Of a stretch of 64,000 nt of DNA, positions 21,996 through 35,600 are shown piece by piece. The translations under genes were made by a program, and so were the position numbers. The notes under the pieces are model-generated. The model had not been told where the DNA came from, did not search any database, and saw only the letters and a list, made by a program, of their open reading frames with translations. Source of the DNA: Takakia lepidozioides. Taxonomy: Eukaryota; Plantae; Bryophyta. The DNA lies in contig CM060732.1 in the NCBI GenBank assembly GCA_030704615.1, forward strand, positions 25,916,001 through 25,980,000, read 5' to 3'. The stretch's first letter is position 1. Each line of letters begins with the position of its first letter.

Positions 21996-24703
21996 ATGAG
22001 GGGGAGCCTCGTTCACTTAGTGCAGTTTCTCTGGGGCCGGTCATCACCTCTCATGCGTGACCCACCTGGTCCAATTGGTATATCTCGCTTACCAAATGAA
22101 TTCTTCAGTGTTTACAAGTTTTTGAGCAAAGCACTCAGATATTGGATTCTGCAGAGTTTGAGCGGAAACCAAAGGGACAGAACCTGTGGTAAGATACTTG
22201 AAACTTTTGTGGCTTTCAATGTGGTCTTGGGAGTGTTTTGCATCGGTCAGCCCAGGTGGTTGATTTATTCCTTGGTATGATGTAGGTGAGATCAGGCAGG
22301 CTTGCAGTCTAGTCACTTCTAATGGAAAGGGACAATCTGGCCGAAAGTACCAGCATGAACGCAAAGAGTCAGATGAAGTATCCATACAAGGGAAAATCGA
22401 GACGGCGACGAGGGTTCTAAGCTGTGGAGATGCCGGTAGTGGGGCCCTTGGACACACAGAGAGCTATGGAGGGGACGCTTATGAGCCAAGAGAGGTGGAT
22501 GGCATTCCCTCCAACATTGTGGGTGTGGGGGCAGGACACTATCACTCCTTGGCTGTCACACAATCAGGGGAGCTTTGGGCCTGGGGGCGTAATGCAGAGG
22601 GCCAGCTTGGTCCAAGAGTCAAAGATTCCAGGTTGGTTTGCGTTCCAGCCTTTTGTGTTTTGCTCATTTACTTCTGTTATTTCAATCTGTTGGATGCAGG
22701 GAATGTGGTCCAAATAATCCCAGCCTTAATCATCAGTTTAGAACTACGACAGTATACCTTAACTGGCTATGTTGGAGTGTAACATACTGGTAATTTTACT
22801 ACATAAAATAAGTTACTTCAATCAAGTGTCATCATGGGGAGGTGCTTTGCCCAACAGGTTGCATTGCCCTTCAATGTCAATCTTGGTCTTAAGCTAGACA
22901 TAGCCGCCTTGTTTCAGGCCCCTTGCCTACTCACAGATGGTTTGTAGATCAAACTCTCTGTCTCTTTTACCATGTCTTGAATTCTCTTGGACACACAATC
23001 ACTGACTTGTGTGCCCTGATGGATTGAGGCTCAGAAATTCAAAGCTGTCAACAGATTCCAGATTGGGTTTAAGTTTTGCAGTTAACTATATACTTTTCAT
23101 TATCCTATACTATGATTATTGAGAGGAGCGTTGAATGAAACCGTCAGAGAAACATGGCACCGACCTCAAAAGGTGAAGGGATTGGAGAGTGTTCAAGTGA
23201 AGGTGGCAGCAGCATCAGGGGTGGTCTCGATGGCTATAGCAACCGATGGATCGCTGTGGGCATGGGGCAAGTCCAAGCGAGGACAGCTGGGCTTGGGCCC
23301 TGGCATTACAGAAGCTGAAGTCCCACGGCGAGTTGGGGCCTTGGCTGGGGAACAAGTAGTGCAGGTGCATAGGTACTACTACCCTTTCTTCCCCTCCCCT
23401 ACTCCTTTGTCCTCTATGCAATAAAAAGCTACCAGTGTGTTATGAAGCATAGGCCTACCAAGGCCCCAAACATGGGTATGTTCTGTTTAGAGTTGTTCAA
23501 GATTTAAGTTGCACAGGGACCGGCAGCAACTAAGAACATTGTTTCTCCTTAGCTGTGTCTATTGGGATATATCTAGCAGGGGTTGGCCAAGGCTGGAGAA
23601 TTCTGTAAAGAAGAGTACGCTTCCTAACAAACCTTTTACTGCATGGCAGGTAGCTTTGGGGTGGGGCCATGCGCTTGCATGCACAACCAAAGGCCACTTG
23701 TATAGCTGGGGTTATGCTGCAGATGGCAGGCTTGGATTTTGGCCAGAGATTTCACCACGGGAAAGAGCAGTTGTGGAAACTGTAACACCTAAAAGTGAAA
23801 TGGGGAAGACTTTGAGTATGCAGGAGCTTGCAGAGAAGCAGGTGCATGAGGATATGGAGAGAGAAAAGATGCCAGTGCTGCAGTGGGAGCCATCCCCTGT
23901 GGGTTTTCTGAGTGGTCAGTTCATCACCGAGATTGCATGCGGGTTTGATCACTCACTTGCACTTACTGGTAAGTGGTCTGAGGTCTGACCCCCGCAGGCA
24001 TTTTAAAGTATCTTTGTTTATTTGTTTGTTTGGTGTCTCTCTAGAGTGTGCTCCACTGCATCAGTTGGTGATATCACAAATGTCATTACTACATCCCAAC
24101 ATTATGGACTGGTAAAGGGTCAGTGTCTTTGCCTGCAGTACAGGTGTTGGTTTGCTGAGTTCTTTCCAAGGATACAGTGCCTGATACATGTTTTATGCAG
24201 ATTGTGGTCAAATATTCAGCTTTGGAGACAACAGTCTTGGTCAACTTGGTAGGAAGATGGCAAAGGCTCCCACTCAACCAACCAACCTGACATCTGAGAA
24301 CCCGGTGCATTGTGTTGATGGTCGGCTTGCAATTAGCAGAATAGTACACATTGGTGCAGGGCTTGGTCACTCACTAGCCATTGATTCAGAAGGAGCAATT
24401 TTCTCATGGGGTTGGAATGCTGGATGCCAGCTAGGAAGAGAAGGGAACATGGACACCTCCAGTCCTGGGGAAATAAAAGATCTTCAAGGAAAAGGAGTTG
24501 TGGCTGTGGCTGGGGGCCGGGTTCATTCACTGGCCTTTACATCAAAGGGTGAAATTTGGGTCTGGGGAAGTGGGAAAAATGGAAGGCTGGGACTAGGGGG
24601 CCCTTCTGATGAGCCATTTCCTTTTCCTATTGAAAGCCTTGGGCATGTCACTGTGGTGCAAGCTGCTTGTGGATTTGATCATACACTTGTTCTTGTGAAG
24701 TAA
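21996..24703 (+). CDS. RCC1-repeat (UVR8/RUG2-like) beta-propeller protein, multi-exon
   Basis: Repeats VGAGHYHSLAVTQSGELWAWGRNAEGQLG, VALGWGHALA, IACGFDHSLAL, VAGGRVHSLAF...GRLG. Exons ~21996-22077, 22286-22631, 23148-23364, 23650-23968, 24201-24703; the start exon is inferred from frame-compatible splice sites. Confidence 0.88.
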
Positions 24704-25309
24704 CAAACTGTATAATCATCTATATTTCAAGCATTCAGTGATGTGACAAGCCCTGGGGTGAATGTCATGTATAAATAAGATACATCATTGCTGTTAATTG
24801 GTTTGGTTTTTGATTCAGCATTAAAACTTCCTCTTAATCTATGTGAACATTTTGCTTAAAGCAAACAATGTGCCATGAGGCTAAATTGCAGATAAAAATG
24901 AACTCCAAAGTGAACTCTAATGGGCACCCATTTTGCTGCTCCACTCCTGGGGTGCCAGTAGCAGAGTGTTTGCACACAATGAACTACGGAGGATGATGCA
25001 AAAATAAGACCATCCACTATTAGTGGGATATGGAGGCATTTGAAATACATTGAGTCTCGAGCTCTTTGCTCGACAACATACCGACGTGCACTATTTCATG
25101 ACAACAGGGTTGAATATCCTTGACCTTTCAAAAGTTCAATATTTTATATCCAACATGAAAACAACTGTTATTTAACGTTCTTGTACACTCCTTGTACACT
25201 CCGTCACGATAGGATTGCAATAATATCATACAAAAGCTGCAATGGCACCAACCTCTAAGAGCTCACTACTCATTCTCAACTTGGCTCTTAGCATTGTAAC
25301 TGCAGGTGT

Positions 25310-28208
25310 CTAGGATCTAGGTGAAGAGGTCTGCCTTTTGAAAAAGGAGGAGATAGAGCGTCCTAAACCAAGGCCAACTGCCTGAGCCAACTGGGTTGCC
25401 TGATTCATCCCACAAGGTCAGAGAGCATCCAATTAGACCTCCTACTGAAATACTGGCGTCCTTCTCACAACATGCGTTATACAAAATGCTTGCGGATGGC
25501 ATGAATGCAATCAGAGTACAAAACGACGCACCTATGCACACCAGTGACACTATCAAATGAGCTTTACACCACTATTAACTTAGTTTTTTACCAAGATGCA
25601 TTGATGTGACAGTCAAGACCTCAACAGTCCACAGAAGTACACCAACTGTTTGGAAAACTTCAGAAGTGCTAGATAGACTTACCTCCTGAGCAGTCTTGCG
25701 GAGGTTGATGACATCCTTGATCTGTCCTTCCAAGAATACCCATGAGTCACGGTAACCTGGCCAGATTTGCCAACGGATGCAACCACACACATGCAGCACA
25801 GAAGATGAGGAAAAATTCTTTATAAGACTTAATGTAAGTATCCACCATGAAAATGTAGTCCATAAGACTCTCACATACTTCAACACCTTCAAAAAGTGTA
25901 GAGAGCAAGGGCAGGTTGACACGTAGTCAGGCATAAGCTTGGTAGGCAGCTGTCAGTGTATCATTCACATCACAAAGTGTTTGATTCTAGCACTAAAATG
26001 CAAGAAAATAAGGAAGGCATCCTCACCCGGGGAGAAGTCGGTGAGCAGGTAGAGCTCAGTTGCAGAATAGACGGCCCCTAACAATGCCCGCTTGGTATAC
26101 CAATCCATGTCTGCAGATCGATCACCGGCTCCATGCCATATATCGTCCATCAGAACCGCTCTCTGCTTGAGTGCCGTTGGGACATTTAAAGGATTTGCCT
26201 GTTCATCAAAGTTCAGTGTTAGGTGTAACCAACCAGCTTTGGATGAAAATGCGAGACATAATCACCACCATGCCAAGGCGCGTCCGACCCCTAGGCAACT
26301 AAGCACTCACAGTAGGTATTGATCAGTCATTCCCAGACATACTTGGCTTTGACCGCTACAAGGAGGTGGGGGCTTTGACATCTTGTCTGATGATGACCTG
26401 AATGCTGAGAGCCTGAGCCCACTTTGACATATAGGGCACCTGCATCTCTAAGCGCCAGCGCACAATAGAGGCAATGCGATCGGCCAAAAGCTTCACGGAT
26501 AGCTCTTGTTCCCGAGACTCCAGCTCATCTGCCAATCTGTGGTTGCAATCGTCCATGAAGAACTGCACAATATAATAATCAAGAATAGCTGTCACTCATT
26601 ACACCAGTCAACAATACAACAACAACAATAGAAATTAGCCTCATATCCTGCTCCCCTGGGGAGCACGTCAAAACCTTAAAACCAACTTTACTCTACTTTG
26701 AAAAAGAATCGAGAGATGAATTAGATAAAAATGGACCATCAGGTATATGAAATAACTCTCGCATTCTGTAACCAGGGCAGGCCCATGAAAGAAGATACAT
26801 GCCTCTACAAGTGCTGCCTCTTTGCGAGGGAAGGAGCCCACGATAGCAGGAGACAACCCTACATCTCTTGCACCGGCAACCAGTGCCTCTTCTGTCCAAC
26901 CCAACCTAAGCTGCACCCCTCACCCCCTGGCATACTTAGAGAATGTCTAGAGCATCTAAACTGCTTCCACTCAAAATACGACATGCTTAGCCCCAGTGAA
27001 CTGAGGCTCAAGAAACACCAGAACCTAGACTGTTCCCCTTTTACCACTGTCAACAGGAGAAAACCACACGATTGAAACTTGACAGTCATGCTGCAAGAAG
27101 GCCAGCTGACAATTACTATACCACATGTGCCAGCGCTGCTCCAAGCACTTCTGTCTTTTCATCCACAACCTCCTCCTCCTGCTCAGGAACACTCCCAGTG
27201 CCTTCCTTGCTATGTCCCTCACCCTGTGGAGTTGGTTCTGCAGATCAATCATTACATTGCACTATTGAGGCATGGGGTTCTTTCGAAAGATACCCTGTCG
27301 TGAATCGTAAACCCTAAACCCTTCCTCAACAGTTGCGAAAGATGAGGCTGCAAGGAAAGCAAATTGAACCATTGGAAACGGAGCAACAGAAGTGCATCAT
27401 CCCATAATGGAATGCCCCTCTCGTCCTCTCAACCTGCTGACCTCCAAATCGATATACCATTGGTCGCTAGTTTGCATCAAAGTGGACGATTAGAAGAGCA
27501 ATGAGCGCACGACAGAAAAGGAGTTGCAAAACTTCCTTTCGAGATGGCGATCACACCATCATAGAAACTCAATTATGGATTATGTAAAACTGACAGTCTG
27601 GCCTTTCCCCTGTACATTTGCAAGTTGCATTTCACATTGCCCGAGAAATGGTATTCCATGCGTACATGCTATGTCGAACTAGAAAGTTCAGCTGAATTTC
27701 TATCCATCATGATCACTTCCGGTGCCAATTCCATTGGGGGTGCTGTCGTTCTAATTTATAGCATCCACCGCATTTGTAGATATCAGTACAAGTTTAGGGA
27801 AAGTCTAGCTGTGCTAAACTACTACCATAATGTGTAGGGCTCATCCAGAGTCGTTGCACATACTGATCATCTTTGCGAGATTGAAGCGAACACATTAGAG
27901 ATACCTGCGGTTTCCTCTCTGAGAGGTTCAGTGGAGGACCATCTTAGAACTGCAGGTGTGTTGGCTCTTGTCGTCCATTCATACTTCTGGACATTCAATG
28001 CCCTGATGGAAGGTGCGTGTTCCTGACACACCTTTGACAGTAAAGAGGCGCATCCATTGTGAGCGAGGACCTGATAAGACCTTCCAGAAACGAGGCACAA
28101 GGAAAATGAGGATAATGAAGATGTAGACATGGGAGAGCCAGGAAAAGATTCAACCCAATGCAGATCTCTAACCATACGAGCTACTCGAAATGCGCGCACG
28201 CCGGCCAT
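25310..28208 (-). CDS. COQ9: Ubiquinone biosynthesis protein COQ9, mitochondrial
   Basis: Exons encode LGWTEEALVAGARDVGLS, FFMDDCN, IVRWRLEMQVPY, DDIWHGAGDRSADMDWYTKRALLGAVY...TDFSP, GYRDSWVFL, and last exon ATQLAQAVGLGLG...PRS*. N-terminus resembles a transit peptide. Confidence 0.9.
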
Positions 28209-28898
28209 TTCCACTACTACCCTGCAAATTCTTACTGATGCTACTCCGACGATTCCGGAAACTTCAAAACTGCGAAATTCCCCAGTCCGTCTATTCTCTG
28301 CTGTCCCAATTCCTCACTACTTTCCCCTACTTAACATATGTTTGCATCGTCACTCCTCCTGTGGGCTCAGCTCAAAATTTTCTGCAATTGCAAATGCATT
28401 CTGGAGTGCTGTAAGTCGGTGTGACCATGCACAAAAAGGAGGCATCACAACATATGGCACCCTTTGGTTCGCCAGCACGAAATATAACCGACGTGGTGGA
28501 TTGCAATTAGGCGTAGTAGTCTCCAGTGTGAACTTTTCCAAATCCCGAAGTCGTGCGCTCGTGGGCTCGGGCTCAAAGAATGCTCTTGTGCAACCTCGGG
28601 TGTGCTTGCATCGATTACCACGAGAGTGTACCGGGAGGCTTGGAGACAGATCTAGTAACCAAATTCAAAGATTTTGTTTGGGGAGGATGGGTGGATCTGT
28701 GGGTCCCCCTTCCAGCGATCGAGACCGCTTCTGTCCATGATTGCAGTGCGAAGGGCAGATGAGTCGCACGTATTACTGCAGAAAATCTTCGTTCTTCACC
28801 CCGGGCCCGTGTTTTTCCCTCATGACCCAAATTATGCGTTGCCCTCAGAGTCTACATTTTTCTCTCACCTTCAAGGATTTACGTTTTTGGGTCAATAG

Positions 28899-30864
28899 GT
28901 AATGCTCTCGGTAGCCCGAGCAAGATCGGCGAGCTCGGGACGTCGTGGGCTATGGCAGAATTCAGCGGACCACAGGGATTAGCGGGCCTTGTCGAAGGGG
29001 TTCGGTGGGCGTTCAAGGCTCCAGCAAGCTGGGAGTCTGCGGGCGTGGCTACCACGACCATCTTTGTATTGGCGGCGCCGGTGCTTCTAGTGGGGCTCTC
29101 GGGCCCTGGTGTTGCCAGTGCATTCATTCTAGGCCTTTTCACATGGCGGGCATTTGGAAGCCAAGGTTGCATCGTTGTATTTATCTACTTCCTCCTTGTG
29201 AGTATTCACGTTCTTGCAGGAGAGATCGATATTTGAAATTCGAGAGGAGGTGAGATTGTCTGGTGTGGATTCTGGAGGATTTTGTCTTGTTTGTCCAGAT
29301 GCAAGTTTCTTTGGCATGAGAGAATGTACTCATAAGACGTTGTTTGCCGTAGCCTGGTGGCATGAGAGACAGAGAGAGAGGGTTGGGGGAGAGTCCATCA
29401 GATTACTTCAGCCCAGTCAGACGATTCCTCATCCCATCGTATTTTGTCTCAACTGGACACAATCACATGTAGGAGTAACTTGAAGCTTGCGGAGGCCAGA
29501 TGATGTTATACAAGTGAATGGTGGATGAAGTAATTGAGTCAGATTGTTTACTGGGAGGTGAGGGATATATTTAATGTTTGGCATGTAAGCAACTGGAAGT
29601 TTTCCAATAACTGAGAAGTGGAGTCACCTTCGGTAGAGGCAGGAGAATTTTCTGATTGGTCTTATTGATAGATGCACTGATGGGTGGATTGCAGGGTACA
29701 GCTGCAACTAAAGTGAAACTCCAAGAAAAAGCAGCTGAAGGAACTGCTGAGAAAAAGAGAGGAAGACGCGGGCCTGCAAGTGTGTGGGGGTCTGGGACAG
29801 CTGGCACTCTCTGCGCTTGGGCAACTATTGCTGGCATAGGTGGGCCTCAGTGGGAAACGTTGTGGCAGTTGGGCTTTCTGGCAAGCTTCTGCACGAAGCT
29901 CAGTGATACCATTGCAAGTGAGATTGGAAAAGGATTTGGCAAGACTACGTGAGTTTACATCCTTCACTCTTAGCACCAAGTTGGCTTGGTAGATTTTTAT
30001 ACTTACCTTGTATCCTGTGTGCCTGGCCGATTCTGCTGTGACATGTTTGATTTAGGTCTGCTGTGGATGTACTAGTGTTTAAAGTTCTGTGCCTTCTGGG
30101 TCTCATTGACGCTGTGGCCAGGTACTTGGTGACAACTCTGTCAATTGTGCCACGGGGCACAGAAGGAGCAGTCAGCTTTGAAGGCACACTTGCAGGCTTG
30201 CTCGCATCAGTGCTTCTAGCTGTTGTTGGATACACAATCAACCTGGTACATGCTTCTGTCTTTCTTCAGTACCATCCATAATACAGGACACACGGTATAG
30301 GAGACTGAACAAGTGCTCTTGTTTTCTATGCAGACAGGTATGACAGGGGCTATCATTTGTGTGATAGCTGCACAAGTAGCAAATCTTTGTGAGAGCTATA
30401 TCGGAGCTGCCCTGCAGGGCCATAAAGGCTATGAATGGGTGCCCCTCCTGTCCACTCCCTGCACTGTCTGTCCACCAAGTCCAAGCTCTGTGTTTCCCTG
30501 CCTTTCAAATTATTCTTCTCTCTTGTTGTTGTTCTGTTTTGTCCCAAACCTCAAGGCAGTATTCTGGGACCTCAGGCTGATATACAAGGTAGAGTCCACC
30601 CAGTATTTTATAAGTAGTGCGGTTAGCAAGTGCTAGCTCTCTTTGGTGTTTTCCACGTGCTCCGACAGTGCTATTGGTCTACCATGGATGCATCTGCCCA
30701 CTTTCTCTACTCTGTTTGGCTCTTGCTAGTGAGTCATTTCATTTGGCAGATACTCAACGAAACTGGGCTGAGTTGTTCTGCAGCTGAATAATGATGTGGC
30801 TAATATCATGAACATCACAATTGGAGCAACACTAGCAGTCTGGTCAAGATGGCTTCTCGGATGA
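28899..30864 (+). CDS. VTE6: Phytyl-phosphate kinase VTE6 (TMEM19/DUF92 family); transit-peptide exon upstream not resolved
   Basis: GTAATKVKLQEK...EKKRGRRGPASVWGS, ASFCTKLSDTIASEIGKGFGKTTYLVTT, VPRGTEGAVSFEGTLAG, ANLCESYIGAALQ, LNNDVANIMNITIG. Confidence 0.88.
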
Positions 30865-31861
30865 TGAAGGTTTGTATTCTGGCCTTGCTTTCTGAGGTTT
30901 CTTGCCATGGTTGAGATTCAAAAAATAAGTTTGAACAATATCATTTGGTGATCGTACACTAAGTAAAATGTATTCAGTCAGGTGTGGAGAGCTCAAGATA
31001 TATTCAATATGTTACTATTCCCATGGCCCGGTATTGACTTGTACCGGTCTATCTTAAAGCAACTGCAACTCAGAAGCCATTGGAAAGCGTTTGTTTTGTA
31101 AGAAAGAATGAGTCGAAAGTGGCTTCTCATGTGGCAGGACGATTTTGTGTCATGGATGCCATGATCCACTTTTGGAGCTAACTTGCTGCAGCTGTACGTG
31201 GTACCCGTGCATCATTCCTTTCGAATCTGGAAGTTGAGTCTTACGCTGATGTGGTGCAAATGCCCAGTATTAATGTCTTCAGATAGCTACCACCAGAAGC
31301 TTGTGGTCTGGAAGTCTGGATCGAAGTTTCCTCCACCAGGACCTTCTTTTGTCAAAATGTAAGATAGGCCGCATCATTCCCAAGCTAATGAGAGCAAAGC
31401 GTTCTAGGCAGCTACAGGGACTCATGGGATGATGATTCATGGAAAACAGGGCATCATACAGGCATGATTGCCCTTCATATTACCCACATGAGGGAATCTT
31501 GATCAAGTAGCTGCCCATGGGATCGAGTAGATATCAGTTTTGGTCACCCTATTCTTGAATGCCATGAACAGGGCTCTTTCATGTGCAAAAGTGTTTTCTT
31601 TGAAATAAATTGTTGGCAATCCAGTTGACAACTTCATTACCCTAATAGGCTTTTAAACCCTAAACTTAGCTATAAGCTGAAGGTAAATACTTTGGCTATT
31701 GTCAACGAAGGTTGGTCCCGTGGTTGTGAAAGCCTTGGAATCGGTCTGTCTCTCTAGTGCCCTGAGACATGAGAAGGCAAAGGCCCCGTCCTCCGGGCCT
31801 CACCCTACATTCTTTGTATCTGCTCTGCGAGGTTCCGTTACAACCGATCGCGACAGGGAAA

Positions 31862-32020
31862 TGACAACGACGACGTGGCTTGACGATGATGATGTGGCTA
31901 CGATGAGGTGGCGAAGATGACGTGGCACCCTATTCCTGCTCTACGCTAAACTAGTCTCCGACCTTCAGTCGTCCCTAGAGTACATTGCGAGTAATGTAAA
32001 CGCTTTTGAAAGCTACAACT
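31862..32020 (+). repeat. Short dispersed repeat, copy 1 (copy 2 at ~46990-47110)
   Basis: Both sites show GACGATG/GTGGC iterations followed by GGCACCC...CTCTA(C/T)GCTAAA...CGAC(C/T)TT(T)CAGTCGTC(C/A)C(T/C)AGA. Confidence 0.6.
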
Positions 32021-32614
32021 GCATCTACATGATTTTGGATACAATGTGATGGATACAATGTGATTTGGACTCGCAGAAGCTTTCAAGCTTGCCAACATGG
32101 TCAAGGGCCTACTTCTCTAGCATTCCATCCACACTGGTCTTCCATCTTCGTTGGATTCTACAGGATTTTGACATAGATGTATGGACTAAAGTCTCAAGGC
32201 ACTGAAACCCTGATCTGTCAATGCATATCAAAGACCTCAGGGAACAATGTCCAAGAAAATGTGATGGACTTAAGTTTTACAAAGAGTTTAACATTTATTT
32301 CATTTTGATTGGAAACATATTTTATGCGTTATATCACCTTTTTGCAATCATAAGTGTTTTGGGAGTATTACCGATGTTTATATTCACTTCATTTTTCAAT
32401 ATGAATTTGTTGAGAAAAGAGGGTTGGCTATTAATCCACCATCCAGCCATGACCCCTCTCTTGTAACTGTCCAATGCTTACTGTTTCCACTAAAGTATGG
32501 CCACCAGGTTACAATGAGTGTGGTCGCATGAACCATCTCCTCTCTCTCTACACCAAACTCTCTCATCCCAGTTTGAAACTGTAAAAATCCCCATGTTGAC
32601 CCCTCCTGTAGGAA

Positions 32615-35600
32615 TTAACGACATGAAAGAGAGTGATCTGCTGGCCACCCGAACTTCTGGAGCAAAGCCAATACCACACCATTGGTCCAGCCAAATCCAG
32701 TCTGTAATTCACACCCATATCAGTTTGCATTAGAGATGCTGAACTCGAGTGAAGGTATGGCGATCAGGGTCAAATCTTCAAGTAGTTGAAAATGAGTGTG
32801 AATGTGGAGAGTATTTTAATGCAACTCAAAAGGCAGAGAAGCATGTATTGTACCTGTGGATTATACTCCCCTCCCCCGCCTGTCTTCCCACAATACCGTA
32901 CATCATACTTTTCGATCATCTTGCCAATTGACTCAAATGCTGCAAAGTTTGAGCTTAGCCATCGTCTTGCAATATCCTGAGCCAGTTTCTTGCTTCTATG
33001 GGACTTCTTTGATGCCAAGCCTTCGATTATCATATGTTGCAAAGGAGCCCATGCATTTGGAAAATCCCTGCCCATAAATATTGATCAATAAACATGATCA
33101 ATAGCTGAAGCTTAGTAATTCGAAGCTGCCACTGGATGTGGGCCACAAATTGGTCATAGTTGACAACATTATGGAGGTGAACACGATACTTGAACTGACT
33201 GTAAGCCTCATTTTAGTTCTGAGCTGGAGCCAAACTGGCAAATTACAACTTCACAAAAATCTCTTCCTCACTTCCTCACTTCCTCCTGCGGTAAGGGCCT
33301 TACATTGTTGAAATTCCAATTTCTGCTTCCACGATATGAAGCCAGGTGGTGGAAACTGTCTCTAAATTGCCTGCTGCAGGAATGTGACCAACTTTTTCTG
33401 GACCCTGTGGCAGATTGAGGGCTTTGGGTGGGTCCCTTGAGTGTACACTATGGAAAGTGGGTGAGCTAGAGGCCATATAACTAGGTTTGGTAAGTACTGG
33501 GATGATCTGTTTTTCTGTGTATCTATCTGGACCTTAGTCATGACCACCGTCGCAATCTCCCAAATAAGCCGTGCATCCTAGTGTAACTTCAACTCAAGTG
33601 ATGGGTAAATTGGAGAAAGAAGGTCATAGCAGCTCGGGCAAACTTTGAAGAACTATGAAGTGATGTTAAGTACCAACCATTGCTGTCCCGTTTCTTTCAG
33701 AGAAGTTGCAATGCCCGCTGGATGCAGTAATCCGGAACTGGTGAGGGCGTCCATCACCTTCCCTAATCTAGCGTCCCCTGAACCCAGAATGCTCTTAGGT
33801 GATGAGGCTGATTATTGCATGTCTGCCACAATTCATACACCCATATAATTGAATAGACGTGTATGTAAAAGAGATGTCACATACTTGGCGAAAGTACCCC
33901 GCACCAAAGAGGCACGAAATTGGAGGCATAAATATGCCTGTTTTGGCTGCCACTGTCCCATCCGTATAGACACTGCAGAATAGAGAGAAAGTGTTACTTT
34001 GACAGATACCAGTCACTCCAACAAATATAACATCATGCTTCCCGAATCTTTGTTTCGAAACAGAGACCCTAGACAGTTGTGTGTTAAGGATCTCACCTTC
34101 TGATCATTGATGGAGCCCACTTCACTACTGTCTAAGGGAAGCCAATAATCAAACCATTGGCCCCTCTCCTCATTCCATAAAATGCTGTCAATGGCCAACT
34201 TTCGTGCCTTGGCTGCGTTAGAAAAACGTTGATGTGTTGCATTGTCACCAGTGGCATTTGCAAAGAAGGCTATGTTCAGCTCGGACTGCACAGATGCACC
34301 ACCTGAGTCAGAAAGAGTCACAAAAGGGCTCTAGAAGTGATTTGAAAGGGTTGGTAACCTGCAGGGATTATCTTGCACACGTTACATCGAAGCCAAAGTT
34401 TGCAGGGTGCAGCCAATGAGTCTGTTGCTCTCTGACAACCGAACATAAATCAGAAAGAAAGCAGATCCGCTACCTCAGTACGTCATCCCCAAAAACCAAC
34501 AGGCAGGTCCATTAGAATACATAGTCTCCATCCCTGCCCTTACCTTTTCTTTCATTCAAAGAAACAGTGCATGGATAAAGGGTACCTGAAGAAGAAACGA
34601 ATTGAGATCCACGGGCACAATGGAGGATGTACGCAGAGAAGATAGATTTTGCTGGTCCCTGCAATTCAAGTGGAAAGCAGAAGGGCAAGCTAAGATAGTC
34701 GGTAATGTCAACACTGCAAAATGCGTGGGGAAGGTATGTTCAATCCAGGCATATTATAAAGACTTACGCCATCCATCGGGAACTGAAATCCCAGCCTGAC
34801 TCAGCAGCTGTGGCTATGTCACGGTACAGTTGCGCTTGTTTGTCCTTACGCATGCCTTTTGCAATTCCCATATCCTGGATTCAAAAACCCAAGACTCAGT
34901 TACATATAGAACATGTGACTTTCTGCCTTAGCTTCACAATCCCTCACCCACACAATTGTACGAACCTTCCTATGGAAATGCCATTCACCTGTCTGACCAG
35001 ATCCCCAAACGGTCCTTAATTAGCAGTTGGTCAAGGACAAGGCTCAACCTAAACTTACTAGTGCTACATACTGAGTAAGAACCACAATTGACTATAAACC
35101 AGACGCAAAAACAACATATATAAGATGGCAGAGCTTGAAGGGAAGGTCCTTTGTTGGTGTAACACTTTTAAGGTGGAATAATGATGTAGCCTTGTCGGCA
35201 TGGACCTCGTTAGGGATCAACTCTTCCTTTTGGGTGGCAATCTCATAATGGAATTTAGAATTCTCTCCATGTCAATATTGTCCCGTTAGCAAGATTGAGT
35301 TGTACCCAGCTCCCTGGTGGCAATATGGATGATACTTGGTGTGACGAATATATATATTAGAAAGAACACCACTGTGGTAAATACATAGAATACTATCACA
35401 GCTCAATTACCAAGGTGGTTTTGGGAATTTTATATCCCACCCTCTCCCCGCAGGTCTCTTCTATGCCATGAAACATGCCAGCATCACTGCAACAAGAGAT
35501 TTGTGTCTAAGTTCAAGGAACCATCTCCTATTAAATTGCTTACAATTGTGGAGGACTCTGGTCGAGGTTTGTCCCAATTAGCATAGTAGCGGCTGAGCCG

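Noticed and set aside
28129-28740. 203-aa ORF between COQ9 and VTE6
   Set aside because: Overlaps the COQ9 first exon antisense and the shared promoter; no recognisable motif, though its 3' part might include VTE6 leader sequence.
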